64,000 bases of DNA from Cetorhinus maximus (taxonomy: Eukaryota). Below are positions 12,791 to 26,620 of the stretch, piece after piece (position 1 is the stretch's first letter; every line of letters begins with the position of its first letter). Location: contig NC_135904.1 of the NCBI RefSeq assembly GCF_964194155.1, forward strand, positions 34,782,001 to 34,846,000, read 5' to 3'. Under the pieces are notes generated by a model that was given only the letters and a program-made list of their open reading frames with translations, searched no databases and was not told where the DNA came from. The position numbers and the translations under genes are program-made.

Positions 12791-12889
12791 GACAACCATC
12801 TCCTCATGTGGCTTGGTGTCATACTTTGTTTTACAATGTGCCTTGGGATGTTTCATTACATTAAATGTGCTATATAAATATGGTGGTGG

Positions 12890-15800
12890 TAGCCTTCTTT
12901 CTTGGAAGACGACGGTGGACAACTCTGTGTTAAGCATCGCCTGGTGTGGCTCAGGAGCCCCATTCTGGCATGGCAGCCTCTGTTGCATTTCTGCAGAGGA
13001 AGACAGTGGATGGAGGAGGTACAAGATTCGATAGCCTCTGTTTTCTCTGGGCCCTCTTCTAGGTCGGCTGAGCTTTTAGTTTCTGCTCGCCTCTTTTAAT
13101 GCCCTTCCAGACTGTCAGCCTCCAGAGTTCATGTCTCCCAGTTGTCAGGGTCAATGCCCACCATCTTCATATCTTGCTTGCAGGCCTCCTTATAGTGGAG
13201 GTGTAGACACCCAGGAGGTCATGACCCAGTGGCCAGTTCACTGTACAGAAGGTCTGATGAAGTGGCCAAGCCAGGCAAACTTTGTTTACTTAGCAATGAG
13301 TGTACGCTGATGGAATTAGCATGCTCCAGGATCTCATAGTTGATGAGCTTATCCTGCCAAGAGATGCTGAGGATATGTCTGAGACAGCAAAGAAGGAACC
13401 TGTTCAACCTTTTCTCCTGCCTAGCATATGTCATCCAGGTCTCACCACTGTAGAAGAGTGCATGTGCTGATGACAAGGGCTTGGTAGACTCACAGTTTGG
13501 TGCTCTCAGCCAGGTTGCTGTTGTTCCACACTCTCTTATTCAGCTTGGACACAACAGCTGTAGCTTTTGCAATGTGTATATGTTAATTTCAGCATCAAGT
13601 GACAGATTGCTGGTGATTGTGGAGCCTAGGTATATGAAGCTATCAACAATCTCCAGCATCACATTATCAACCCTGATAGATGGTGGTATGACAGCATTCT
13701 GGACCATGGCACTTGCCTTCCTGATGGCCAAACCAAACTCTTTACAGGCATGAGGGAGTCTGTCCAATTGCCGATGAAGGTGTTCCTCGGTATGGAATCC
13801 TAGTGCGGCAACGTCAGCATAGAGCAACTCTCTGATGAGTACTCAGCACATCTTTGTCTTGGATCTCAGGTGAGCAAGGATGAATAGCTTTCTGTCAGTT
13901 CTGGTATGTAAGTAGACACCGTCTGTAGATGACCTGAAGGCATATGACAGCAGCAAAGAGAAGAATATGCCGAAGAGTGTCGGTGCTGGAACACAACCCG
14001 GCTTGACCCCATTCTAGATCCCACTGGTTCAAAATGTTGTCCCATTGTAGCTGGCCTTACTCTTCATGTTATCATGAAAAGAGATCATGTTGAGCAATTT
14101 TTGCCAACAGCTTAAACAGATCACCTTTGCTCACATAGTCAAAGTGTGATCGATGAAAGCAATATATAATGATCTCCTTTGTTCACAGCATTTCTCTTAC
14201 AGATGCTAGACTGAGATCATCATGTCATTTATAGATCTTCCAGTTCTGAAACCACACTGGGATTCAGGGTAGATGCAGTCAGCCAGGATCTGCAGTCTGA
14301 CAAGGGCAACACAGGCAAATACATTTCCCACAATGCTAAGCAGGTAGGTGACTCAATAGTTGCTACAGTCACTGAGGTTGCTCTTGTTCTTGTACAAGGC
14401 CACAATCTTTGCATATTCTGGGGCACTGCCTCCTCCCTCCATCAGAGACAGAGAAACCTGTGCAGATGCTGCAGGAGTGCCGGTTTCCCATGCTTGATGA
14501 GTTCAGGTGACATAGCATCAGCATCTGGAGTTCTACCTATGGCAAGTGAGTCAGTAGCTCTGCCAAGCACCTCCACCATGCGTTCAATATCCAATTTTGT
14601 CATGACAGGCAGGCTTTCTATGATGTCTAGAGCTTTCTTGGTGATAGTGTTCTCCCTAGGGTACAACTCAAGGTAGTGTTCCATCCATTTCTCGAACTGT
14701 TTATTGCAGTCAGTGATGCCGTGGTTTTCAAGGGCCATTTTCTCTGCTGATGGACCTGTTGCCCTTTTGGACCCTTCATACATGCCCCTCGCATCCCCTG
14801 TGTTGAAGGACATCTGGATATTCTGACAATGTTGTAATCAGTAGTCACTGACACGCCACCTGGCAGACTCAAGGACTTTACTTTGCGCAATTCTTAGTGC
14901 ATTCAGAGTCTTCTCGTTCAAATATCTCTTGCATTAATGAGAGTGGACCACTTGCACTCAATGACAGACACACTGATGTTAGCCTCAGAACAATCAGTGT
15001 TTTTTCACTTTTGCTTAGCTTTTGTTAAGAGTGCAGTATTGTAGAAGGCTTCACAAAGTATGTTCCATTTTCCTTCTGCACTCTGTGTGGGGATGCCAGA
15101 GAGCATGTTCAACCGAGATGAGGAACTGTTGGTTTTTATCTGGGTAGGCGGTATAGTTAATGTTGATACAAGGACAGCATTCCTACTTTGAATGAAAAAG
15201 CTTCAAGTTTGCATCCTAACACTGGTCGACACCAGAGAGAGATTTGTATCACTGTCAGCGCTGTGGCAGATCAGTGTGTTGAGAATGCTGCTGAGAAAGT
15301 CACGTCTGGTGATCAGATCCAGTTGGTGCCAATGCCCTGACCTTGGATATCTCCAGGTCACCTTGTGGCAAGGTTTGTTCTGAAGGCTGGCTACACAAAG
15401 CTCATGGTAGCAGCAAAGCTCAAATAGTCTCTGTCATTCTCATTTTTCTTTCCCAGGCCATGATGTCTGAGGCAGGAGGGTCATGCCTCATGGTCTGCGT
15501 TCACTCATGTTGAAATCCCCCACCAGGTAAAAATGTTCTGACATATGAATTCTGCTGATAGCAGTGTCAAGCTCCTCTTAGAACTGGTTTTCCTCTCTCT
15601 AGTGAAGCACAGCATTGGAACATAGATACACATGAGGTTAACTGACCCGGTTTGAGCTGAGAGGCAGGTGGAGAGAGCATATTCTGAACTATTTGTGGGG
15701 TGTTCCACCATCGAGAGTAGTAAGTTCCTTACAGTGAAACCTACACCTTGTTCACACATTTCCTCTGAAATATTCCCCTGCCAGATGAAGACACAATAAT

Positions 15801-16750
15801 ATTATTTTTCAGTGATTCGCTCTCATTGAGCCTTGTCTCTTGTAGGGAAACTATGTCAATGTCAGCCTATGGAGTTCTATGCCGATCATAGCGGTCTTGT
15901 GCACGTTGTTGACCAGCTGCAAAGTTGTCTGTCAACCTTGTGCACATTGCCCTGATGTTCTAGCATGGCAATCAAAGAGATGGCATCTTCTTTCTTTTCA
16001 TTTGTTTACCTGGCACGATGGATTCCGTTCACTCACTGAGCAGAGACTCTAAGCTCCAAGCACCCATTGAAGCAGATGGACCGTGGTGGGTCAGCACCTT
16101 ACTATCGGGGGCTGCCCTACTTGAGATGGGCAGCGGCTCACCAGTGGGACAGGATAGTCTGTCATGCCAGAGACAGCCCTTAGCACCTGTTCTCTATACT
16201 AATCGAGTTGGGCTTACTACACATAACTGCTGTCTCCTGTGTTGTGTTAATGCTTCGCAGCGAAACTACAGTGTTTCCAGGGCACATGCCTTGGCAAAAT
16301 TCTTGGAGACTCTGGGCTGCCCAAACTTCAGGGTCCCCCTCTCGACCTCCCCGGTTGAATTCAAAGGAAAATGCAAAGCACTACGTTTGGCACCAGCCTG
16401 GTTACAGGAGTTGCAGAAAAATAACATATTTAGACAGCAGTTTGCCTTTGAATTCCAGCCCAAGTTTTTTTTGACAGCATTTACTCCCTTAGCCTTCAGC
16501 TGTCCCAAGGCATCCATAAGGCAGTGGAGCTGTTCACCCATTGCTGGGAGTTTGGTTCATGAGTGCCTGGGCATGTCTACATGCTGGTGGCCTGCACATT
16601 GCATTGTCTGGGGGCCATATTCCCTCTGAGGCTTTAGCCTGGGGCTGTGAGGGACCCAGTTTGTGTGTCGCCACCAGGAGGCACTGCTGAGGACTTGCCG
16701 ATGGAGAGACCATGTACTGACAAGGAAAGACTTACACATTTGGCTCTCTT
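12890..16750 (-). mobile_element. RTE-clade LINE, near full length, many stops and frameshifts
   Basis: Minus-strand fragments: APE region (GVGFTVRN..., WHQLDLITRR), RT (MLYADVAAL, DSFIYLGSTIT) and C-terminus (LFYSGETWMTYARQEKRLNRFLLCCLRHILSISWQDK). Confidence 0.88.
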
Positions 16751-17889
16751 TTTCGCATTGCTGCTAATCAGTGGTGTAGGCTGAAAACGAGAAGCAAACT
16801 AGAACACAAAAGCAGAAAACATGCTAACTCTTTTCATCCATACACTAGACAGATCACATTGACCTGTTATATAGAGTCCCGTGGCAAAATGCTGGATGGA
16901 ACAATAACTGTGTGGCTGATGATCAAATGTAGGTTGTCACCTGTAAATCTCAGATGAATTCTAACATTTACAAAAACAGTGTGTGACAAGAAATAAACTG
17001 GCTTCCACTGTTGTTATGACACATGATTAGTGGATGCCTCTTAAATACGATATTTTTTATCTCGACCAGAAAATGGTAAATACAATCAGAAACAAGAGAG
17101 TAAATAATGAGAAGGGGAGAGGGAAAAAGCCTTGAAATCTAACAAAGATTATTGTGGGAAAAGTGAGCCAATCAATTTAAGGTCATTGATTAGATTAAAC
17201 AGAAAATATTTAATCACTTCCAAAGCAAGCAAAACTATAAAGTTCTTACATTATTATCCAAGATAGAAAATTAACCCACTCACTTCCTAATCCTTAGCTT
17301 TTAAATTTAAAATTCATTTTTTTTTGCCAAGAATGAACTTTCATGTCACGACTAATGAAAGGAATGTTATCTCCAACAAAACACGGCCACATTGGAATCC
17401 TGTATTTTCTGGAGCAGAACGCCCTCAGATGGTACATAATGAATAATTCTATCAAAATCTGGAAGTGGAGGCTCATAAGTAAAACACTTCCTGCTTTTTC
17501 TTTCAGGCACTACATCGTTCTTTTCTCCTTCAGTAGTGACTCCTGAACTTGTTATATTTACATAGGAAGCTGCAAGTTGAAGGAGCTGTGAAAGATTCTG
17601 CTAGTCTTGCTGATAAACAACATTGCCTCACAGACACTTGAAGACAGTCCTGGTGTATATCTGTCAACATGTCCCCATCAGAACAGTTATGATAGTGATG
17701 ATATAGTGTCTGAAAAACCATTTTGATTGCCAGCTTCAGATATATTATCACAACCAATCTAATATTGAATTATATAAATCTGCCTACATATCCATGCAAG
17801 TGCTGTATTTAATATTAAATAGATATAACATTGGTGGAAAAAAACCTTCCATGCCAGTATGATTGAGAATTAGTGCTGATTTCATAATA

Positions 17890-20060
17890 TTGACAGTGTT
17901 CTACATGAGTAAGTGCTACGAATACCTAATTCATAATTTATATGTTTTCGAATATAACTTTTAGTTTTAGGAATTAAAGTTTTAACTGCAGAGAAATCAG
18001 GGAATCAGGTTAAGAAACTGATAAGCAACCCTGAAGTAAATGAAATTCAAACAAGTTTGAAGTTAATTACACTTAAAAGTTAACCGATGTTCATCTTACA
18101 AGGTCCGAGAGAAAGAGGTGTAAACACTTGAACAATGGATGACTCATTTTTAAGCCTTAGCTATAGCTGAAAGGTCGCCACTTATTTCAATAAAAGATGT
18201 AAATTTGAATGTGGTTTCCAGATGAAAAAAAGCTGGGAGAGTTTTACAAACATGGAGGTTTCATCATGGGCCCAGAGAGTCTGGTGAAAGGGCAATTACA
18301 TCCATTAGCAATATAAATGATCCATGTGTTACAGGGTCAAAGGCCAACATTGATACTTTTATGTCCCAAAGCATGCCATGTCATCATGGAGTTAGACTGT
18401 GGGAGATGGGAGGTTCTCATGTTTAATTAAGCTGGGTTTTTGTTCAGAAGACATGAAGTTGCAGCATGGTTCTCGTGTAGTTTGTAGCTCAACAAGAGCA
18501 GACAGTCAAAGAAAATAAAAGTTAGTCAGGTCTGCAATTAAGCAGACAAAATACTAAATTCATTGTTCACCATGTAAAATGCAAATGGGGCTTAATCTCA
18601 GTTTGGATTTTGAGAGGGGAAAAAAGACAAGAAGGTAATCTAGTTTGAAAATCTACAGTGGTCTTCACAGAGCTTTGAGACAAAAAACAAACCAGCAGAG
18701 ATAGCTTGGAAGCTTTAAGAAGGCAACCAGAACAAAGGACTGAGAAATCCACAATCAAGTGTGCTGTAACAAAAGGTCTTACCTCGGAGAATAGCTGGAA
18801 CACTAGAGAATTAAAGTGAATTCTGGACGACTGTGGCATACTTTTGGGTGGTCCCTTCAGAAGTAAATAACTAAAATATTGTAACGTGTAAGGGAATTCT
18901 TGGGGAAAGCAAGAAGTAAAACAAAGCGCATAACATACGTAATTAAAAACTTCAGAGTTAATAGTACTTCTTTGTTTTATTCTTTCATAAAAAGTTTGTT
19001 ATTTAAAAACATGAAATCTTGCGGCATAATTCTATTGGCTAATCATTGGGTGTTCAGATTTCTACTTAAATGTTAATGGTCCCTAACAGGATCATAATAA
19101 AATTGGGGGTTCTTGGTGGGAATTTGAACCCATAGCCTGATACGGTATGTGCTGAGATATGGCTAAAATTTAATCTAAAAAAATTTCATGGTGAATGTTT
19201 TTGTACTATTGAGAAGCAGAGTGGCTTTGTCAGTTGCTAAGACTCTTCTGGAAAGGGAAGATTTGTCCCTGGGTGTGTTGCAATAGTTAAGCAAGATTAG
19301 CTTAATAGAATTAACAGAAGAATTGAAGATAAGAGGCAAAAGCAGGTGCTAAAAAAAGCAGAAATGTGGCTATTTTACCACAGCATTTGGAACTAGAAGA
19401 AAAAGCTAGTCCTGGTAGCAATTCAGTTGAATTGGCCAGAATTCAGCTGCAGATGAAAAAAAGTTGAATTGGAAGAAAAAGAAACAGCGCAGCAAATGGA
19501 TCTTAAAAGCTTGAATTAGAGGCTCAAAGAGAAAGGGAAAAGAGTCAGTTTGTCCCGGAAAAAGAAAGGCTTTGAATACATAGTGAAAGAGGGTAGAAAG
19601 ATAAACCAAATGAACATGAACAGGAATTTAACCATAATGAAAAGGATAATAGAAACGAATAAACAAAAGCTTCATCAAAGAGTGAAGCTTGTGAGAAACC
19701 ATTGCTTCTAATATTTTTGCCATGGGAGTAGATAGGGATGCGAAGGATTATGAAGGATTTATATTTGAAATGGACTTCACTCCACTTTTGTCCAAGCAAA
19801 AACCTAGAAATGTTGTTATGCCATGAGATATTAGCTCAGCTCAAAGTTTATTGGTAGCAGAAGATTTAGAATTTTCAAAATGTTTGCTGAATAAAAATGT
19901 ATTTGTAAAGGGGTCTGTTATTGTTGGTATTGTTTCCAAATTACTCATTAAAAATGTAGATTTTACATTGGGAACTGATATAGCAGGCAGTGTAGGTTTT
20001 CCACAAACTGGGACAACATGCCACAGTTCGGAAGATTCTTGGGAGTAAAGACTCTTCACC
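17890..20060 (+). mobile_element. Gypsy-type LTR retrotransposon remnant (LTR to ~19098, degenerate PBS ~19103, gag start, protease fragment)
   Basis: aattgggggttcttggtgggaat resembles the tRNA-Pro PBS TGGGGGCTCGTCCGGGAT. Gag-like ALSVAKTLLEREDLSL follows, then GSVIVGIVSKLLIKNVDFTLGTDIAG, resembling the aspartic protease C-terminal ILGND motif. LTR start is uncertain. Confidence 0.6.
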
Positions 20061-20074
20061 TATCTGTGACCTAG

Positions 20075-21590
20075 TTTTATTTATTCTTTCACAGGACATG
20101 GGGGTCGCTGGCTAGGCCAGCATTTTTACTGCCTGTCCTTAGTTGTCCTTGAGAAATTGATGTGGAGCCGCCTTCTCGAATTGCTGCAGCCCATGTGGTG
20201 CACGTACATCCACAATGTTGTTAGGGAGGGAGTTCCAGGATTTTGACCCAGCAACGGTGAAGGAATGGCAATATATTTCAAAGTCAGGAAGGTACATGGC
20301 TTGGAGGGGAACTTACAGGTGGTGGTGTTCCCATGCATCTGCGGCCCTTGTCCTTTTAGGTGGTAGAAGTCACAGGTATGGAAGGTGCTGTCGGAGGAGT
20401 CTCGGTGAGTCGCTGCAGTGCATCTTGCAGACGGTATACACTGCTGCCACTGCGCATCAGTGGTGGAGGAACTGGATGTAGAAGGCGGTGGATGGGATGC
20501 TAATCAAGCAGGCTGCTTTGCCCTGGATGGTGTCAAGCTTCTTGAGTGTTGTTGGAGCTGCATTCATCCAGGCAAGTGGAGAGTATTCCATCATGCTCTT
20601 GACTTGTGCCTTGTAGATGGTGGACAGGCTTTGCAGAGTCAGGAGGTGAGTTACTCTCCACAGAATTCCCAGGCTCTGACCTACCCTTGTAGCCACAGTA
20701 TCTATTTGGCTAGTCCAGTTCAGTTTCTGCTCAATGGTAATCCCTAGGATGCTGATAGTGGGTGGGGGTTGGGGGGGAGAACAACTTCAGCGATGGTAAT
20801 GCCTTTGAATGTCAAGAGATGGTGGTTGATTCTATCTTGTTGGGGATGTCGATTGCATGCACTTGTATGACATGAGTGTTACTTGCCACTTATCAGCCCA
20901 AGCCTGAATGTTGTACACATTTTGCTGCACATGGACACGGACTGCTTCAGTATCTGAGGAGCCGTAAATGGCGCTGAACATTGCACAATCATCAGCGAAC
21001 ATCCCACTACTGACCCTATGATGGAGGGAAGGTCTTTGATGAAGCATCTAAAGATGGTTGGGCTGAGGATACTATCCTGAGGAGCTCCTGCGGTGATGTC
21101 CTGGGACTGAGATGATTGACCTCCAACAACCATAACTAATATCCTTTGCGCTAGGTATGACTCCGACCAGTGGAGAGTTTTCCCCCTGATTCCCATAGAC
21201 TCCAGTTTTGCTAGGGCTCCTTGATGTCACACTTGGTCAAATGCCTTGATGTCAAGGGCTCTCATCAATCACTCTCATCTCACCTCTTGAGTTCAGCTCT
21301 TTTGTCCTTGTTTGAACCAAAGCTGTAAAGAGGTCAAAAGCTGAGTGGCCCTGTTGGAACTCAAACTGATTGTCAATGAGGTTATTGCTGAGTAAGCACC
21401 ACTTGTTAGCACTGTCGACGACCCCTTCCATCACTTTGCTGATAATCGAGAGTAGACTGTGGGGCGGTAATTGGCTGGGTTGGATTTGTCCTGCTTTTTG
21501 TGGACAGGGCATTCCTGGGCAGTTTTTCCACATTGCCGGGTAAATGCCAGTGTTGTAGCTGCATTGGAAGAGCTTGGCTAAGGGGACATG
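20075..21590 (-). mobile_element. CR1-superfamily LINE 'family B' 3' half
   Basis: RT fragments LLSIISKVMEGVV, GAPQDSILSPTIF, MFADDC, TIYKAQVKSMMEYSPLAW; same tail as 56600-56700. Confidence 0.88.
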
Positions 21591-23290
21591 GACTTAAGGT
21601 AAGGGGCAGGAGGTTTAGAGGGGGTTTGTGGAAAAAAATGTTTCACCCATAGGATGGGTGGGTATCTAGAACTCACTGCCTGGAAGGGTGGTAGAGGCAG
21701 GAACTCTCACAACATTTAAGAAGTATTTAGATGAACACTTGAAATGCCATAGCATACAAGGTTATGGGCCAAGTGCTGGAAAATGGGATTAGAGTAGATA
21801 GGGGCTTGATGACCGGCGCAGACACGATGGGCCGAAGGGTCTCTCTACGTGCTGTAAAACTCTATTGTTTCTGAGGCTAAAACATTGTGACATTTGCTGC
21901 GGTAAAAATGGTAGATGGAGGAGAATTGATTCTCCTCCATGGTTCAATGGGTAAATGTAATGTATGGTTCTGCACTGGGTTATATAGATCAAGAAGCACT
22001 GCGTTTCTGTGCCTGGCCTATACAGAGATATTCTGGGTTGGTTAAATTGTTCAGTAGTGAGCATATTGGATTCACCACCACCTTTGGGCTGGAGAAGCAA
22101 AAATAATCCTACTCCTGATTGCTATTCAGCAATCTCTACTGGAACACCTTGTTGATACAGTCAGTTTCATAGAGTCAAAAAATCATAGAGTCACTTATGA
22201 CACAGAAGGAGGTCATTTGGCCCATTCAAAATCCATGCCAGCTCTCCATGGAGCAATCCAGTCAGTCCCATTCCCTGCTCTATCCCCATGGCCCTCCACG
22301 TTTATTTCCTTCAAATGCCCATCCAATTTCCTTCATCTCTGCTCCGCCATCCTCAAGGACAGCAAGTTCCAGATCATCACTGCTCGCTGTATAGAAAAGT
22401 TCTTCCTCACAGCCCCCCTGCATCTCTTGCCCAAATCCTTACATATGTGTCCACTAATCCTTGTACCAAAAGCTAATGTGTCTTGTAGAATGAATGGCCA
22501 GTTGGTCAAGGCAGTAAAGGTATTTCTCTCCTTTCTGAAAAAGTGTCACAGCTAAGTCATTGCTTTTAGAAGAGGGGCTTAAATGATGAAAACTGGAGGG
22601 CAAAATAATGGAAATTTGATAGCGGCATCATAGAATCAAACAGCAGAAGAGTATATTCGGCCCATTGTGCCTGTTCCAGCTCTCTGAAAGAGCTACCAAT
22701 TAGTTCCATTCTCTTGATTCCCCATAGCTTGTAACCTTTTTCCTTTTCAAATAATTATTGAATCCCCTTTTGAAAGTTACTATTGAATTGGCTTCCGCCA
22801 CCTTTTTAAGTGGTGCATTCCAGATCACAACGCACTGCTTTGAAAAAATCTCATCTTCTCTCTGGTTCTTTTGCCAATGATCTTAAATCTGTGTCCTCTG
22901 GTTACCTACACTCCTGTCTGCGGAGACTATTTATTTTTACCTACTCTGTCAAAACTGCTCAGATTTTAAAACATCTCTATTAAATCAAGCTTAAACCTCC
23001 TCTGGCAAATGGAGAGCAATCCCTGCTTCTCTTGTCTCTTCACATAACGAAAGCCTCTTGCCCCTCGTGTCATTCTAATATAACTTCTTTGCACCTTGCA
23101 GAACGGGCATATAATGAGCAAATTCATTTCAGCACAGGTAAGCATGAGGTATTACATTTTGCTAAGATGGAGGGGTTCACCTATTACTTGGAAACTAAGA
23201 ATCTAAATGGGGTAGAGGAGCAAAGGGAGCTCAGAGCACAAATACATAAATCAATAAAAGTGGCAAGGCACATTAATGAGCCAAATTATA
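21590..23290. mobile_element. Cluster of classic CR1 3' fragments in both orientations
   Basis: 21590-21870 (+, gggccgaagggtctct tail), 22180-22480 and 22630-23100 (-), 23100-23290 (+, KHEVLHFAK). Confidence 0.7.
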
Positions 23291-23483
23291 TACATCTTTG
23301 GTTATTTTACAGTTTATTGAATTCAATTTCATAGAGCAGGCTTAAAAGGCCATAAAGCCCATTCATGCTCCCATTCGTATTTCCTCTATTCTTGTTCTTA
23401 CATTCACTACTATCATGGTGGGTTTTGCACTGAAAATTTCTTGACTAATAGTCCAGCACCATAACTACTACACTAATGTACTG

Positions 23484-26087
23484 AAACAAAAACAAAAATC
23501 TCAGCAGGTCTGACAGCGTCTGTGGAGAGAAAGACAGAGTTAACGGTTCAAGTCTGTCTGACTCTTCAGAGCTAAAGGGAAGTAGAAATGTGGTGAAATT
23601 TACACTGTTTAAGGGGGGGGTGGAGCAGGTGAAGGTGGTTAGGTGGCCAGTGATAGGTGTAGGCAAAGGAGATTGTGAAAGATGTCATGAACAAAAGGTC
23701 AAAGGGTTGTTAATATAGGTGGTGCTGGCTAAAGGGGGTGCTAATGGTGACATTGAGAGTGGAAAGCAGACTGTGATAATGGCAGGACCAGAGTAAACAC
23801 TCTGAAAAGTGACAGATGGCCCTAGTGGGGGTGGGGTGGGGGGAGGGGACAGTGGTGGGAAAAAAGATGGAAAAGGCAAAAAGCTGGGGATAAAATAATG
23901 AATAAAAATGGAAATAAGTTTGAAAAATAATAATAATGAAAATAAGTGGGGAAAAAATAAAAATTAAAAAATAAAACTGAATATAGAAAAAAGATGGGGA
24001 TCAAAAAGGGGTGGGGATGGAGGAGAGTTTTCATGGTCTAAAGTTGTTGAACTCAATGTTAAGTCCGGAAGACTGTAAAGTGCCTAGCCGGAAAATGAGG
24101 TGCGATTCCTCTGATGCCCGACATCATATCAATAATTTCCAGTTCCCTGGCCCTGACCGCCTCCTCTTCACCATGGACGTCCAATCCCTCTACACTTTCA
24201 TCCCCCACCAGGATCGTCTGAGGGTTCTCCGCTTCATCCTTGAACAGAGGCCCGAACAATCACCATCCACCACCACTCTCCTCCGTCTGGCTGAACTTGT
24301 TCTCTCACTGAACAATTTCTCCTTTAACTTGTCTCACTTCCTCCAAATAAAAGGTGTGGCTACGGGTACCTGCATGGACCCCAGTTACGCCTGTCTCTTT
24401 ATGGGGTATGTAGAACATTCCTTGTTCTGGCCCTACTCAGGCCCCCTCCCACAACTCCTTTCTTGGTACATCGATGACTGTTTCGGTGCCGCTTCTTGCT
24501 CTCTTCTGGACCTGGAAAACTTTATCAATTCTGCTTCCAATTTCCACCCCTCCATCATTTTCACGTGGTTCATCTCTGAAACTTCCCTTCCTTGACCTCT
24601 CTGTCTCAATTTCTGGTGATAGACTGTCCACCAATATTCATTACAAGCCTACCGACTCCCACAGCGACCTCGGCTACAGCTCCTCACATCCTATTTCCTG
24701 TAGGACTCCAACCCATTCTCTCAGTTCCTTCACCTCCGTCGCATCTGTTCTGATGATGCCACTTTCCAAATCAATCCTTCAGGCATGTCTTCCTTCTTCC
24801 TTAACCGAGGTTTCCCACCCACGATGGTTGACAGGGCCCTCAACCGCGTCCAACCCATCTCCCGCACATCCACCCTCACACCATCCTCTCCCTCCCAGAA
24901 CCATGATAGGGTTCCCCTTCTCCTCACTTTGCACCCCAACAGCCTCCGCATTCAAAGGATCATCCACCGCCATTTCTGCCAACTCCAGCATGATGCCACC
25001 ACCAAACACATCTTCCCTTTATCCTACCTGTCGGTAGTCCTTAGGGACCGTTCCATCCGGGACACCCTGATCCACTCCTCCATCACCCCCAACACCTCAA
25101 CCCCCTCCCATGGTACCTTCCCATGCAATCGCAGAAGGTGCAACACCTGCCCCTTTACTTCACCCCTCCTCACCATCCAAGGGCCCAAACATTCCTTTCA
25201 AGTGAAGCAGCATTTCACTTGCACTTCCCTCAATTTGGTCTACTGCATTCGCTGCTCCCAATGCAGTCTCCTCTACACTGGAGAGACCAAACACAGACTT
25301 TGGAACACCTTTGGTCTGTCTGCAAGCATGGCCCAGACCTTCCTGTCGCTTGCCATTTCAACGCGCCATCCTGCCCACATGTCCGTCCTTGACTTGCTGC
25401 ATTGTTCCAGTGAAGTTCAACACAAACTGGAGGAACAGCACCTCATCTTCTGATTAGGCACTTTACAGCCTTCCGGACTTAACATTGAGTGTAACAACTT
25501 CAGACCATGAACGCTCTCCTCCATCCCCACCCCTTTTTGATCCCCACTTTTTTTCTATATTCATTTTTATTTCTACTTATTTATTCTTTCCCCACTTATT
25601 TTCATTACTATTATTTTTCAAATTTATTTCCATTTTTATTCATTATTTTATCGCCAGCTTTTAGCCTTTTCAATCTTTTTTCCCACCGCCGTCCCCTCCC
25701 CCCACCCCACCCCCACTAGTGCCATCTGTCACTTTCCAGAGTGTTTACCCTGGTACTGCCATTATCACAGTCTGCTTTCCATTCTTAGTGTCACCATTAG
25801 CACCTCCTTTAGCCAGCACCACCTATATTAACAACCCTTTAACCATTTGTTTATGACATCTTTCGCAATCTCTCCTTTGCCTCCACCTATCGCTGGCCTT
25901 CTATCCAGCTTCACATACTCCACACCCCTTAAACAGTATATATTTCACCACATTTCTACTTCCCTTTAGCTCTGAAGAAGAGTCATACAGACTCGAAACG
26001 TTAACTCTGCCTTTCTCTCCACAGATGCTGTCAGACCTGCTGAGTTTTTCCAGCAATTTTTTGTTTATATTTCTGATTTCCAGCCTT
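23484..26087 (+). mobile_element. Penelope-like retroelement: 5'-truncated RT/GIY-YIG ORF preceded by an inverted copy of its 3' end
   Basis: RT motifs LFTMDVQSLYT, QIKGVATGTCMDPSYA, YIDDCF and FLDLSV..YKPTD; GIY-YIG-type NLVYCIRCSQCSLLYTGETK with upstream CxxxxCxxC. 23484-24110 is the reverse complement of ~25430-26070. Perfect 15-bp TSD tacactaatgtactg at 23469-23483 and 26088-26102. Confidence 0.95.
25968..26006 (+). ncRNA. Minimal type I hammerhead ribozyme motif in the Penelope terminus
   Basis: agct-CTGAAGA-a-gagtc-ataca-gactc-GAAA-cgtt-aact: core boxes, 5-bp stem II, palindromic AACGTT stem III region, one mismatch in stem I. Confidence 0.7.
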
Positions 26088-26289
26088 TACACTAATGTAC
26101 TGCACTCCTCTTCTTCATAGAAGCCCATGAGTCACTGACAGGCTCAATGGAGTAGTGTAGCCATTACTACAGAAACAATTGCTGTGCTATGGGGCAAAAT
26201 CACTGCAGAAGGAGTCTTGTACTGCAAAAAAGCAACAAATAATAACAGAAAGTAATGAAACGGAGATAATTTTCAAATTGCAGTATGGG

Positions 26290-26620
26290 GAACAAAGAAC
26301 TTGCATTTCATGACCTCAGAGCTGTTTCAAAACACCTCACAGCCTGTGCAGAATTTTTGAATTGTAGTCACTGTTGTAATGTAGAGAGAAATGCAACCAA
26401 TTTGTTCCACAGCAAGATCCCACAAACAGCAATGAGATAATGTGCAGACAATCTACTGAAGGCAAGTTAATGAGGGGATGAATACTGGCCAGGACACCAG
26501 GACAACTCCCCACTCCTCTTTGAATAAGGTCACAAGATCTTTTCCTTGAAAAGACGGACTTTTTAGATTAACACCCTAAAGACACATCCACAGTGTAGCA
26601 CTCCCTCAGTGCTGTACTAA
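26290..26620 (-). mobile_element. Deu-domain SINE (SacSINE1-like)
   Basis: cacagcaagatcccacaaacagcaatg...ggccaggacacc...cagtgtagcactccctcagtgctg. Confidence 0.65.

Noticed and set aside
16018-16629. 203-aa plus-strand ORF
   Set aside because: Antisense to the RTE 5' region with no protein motif; likely incidental.
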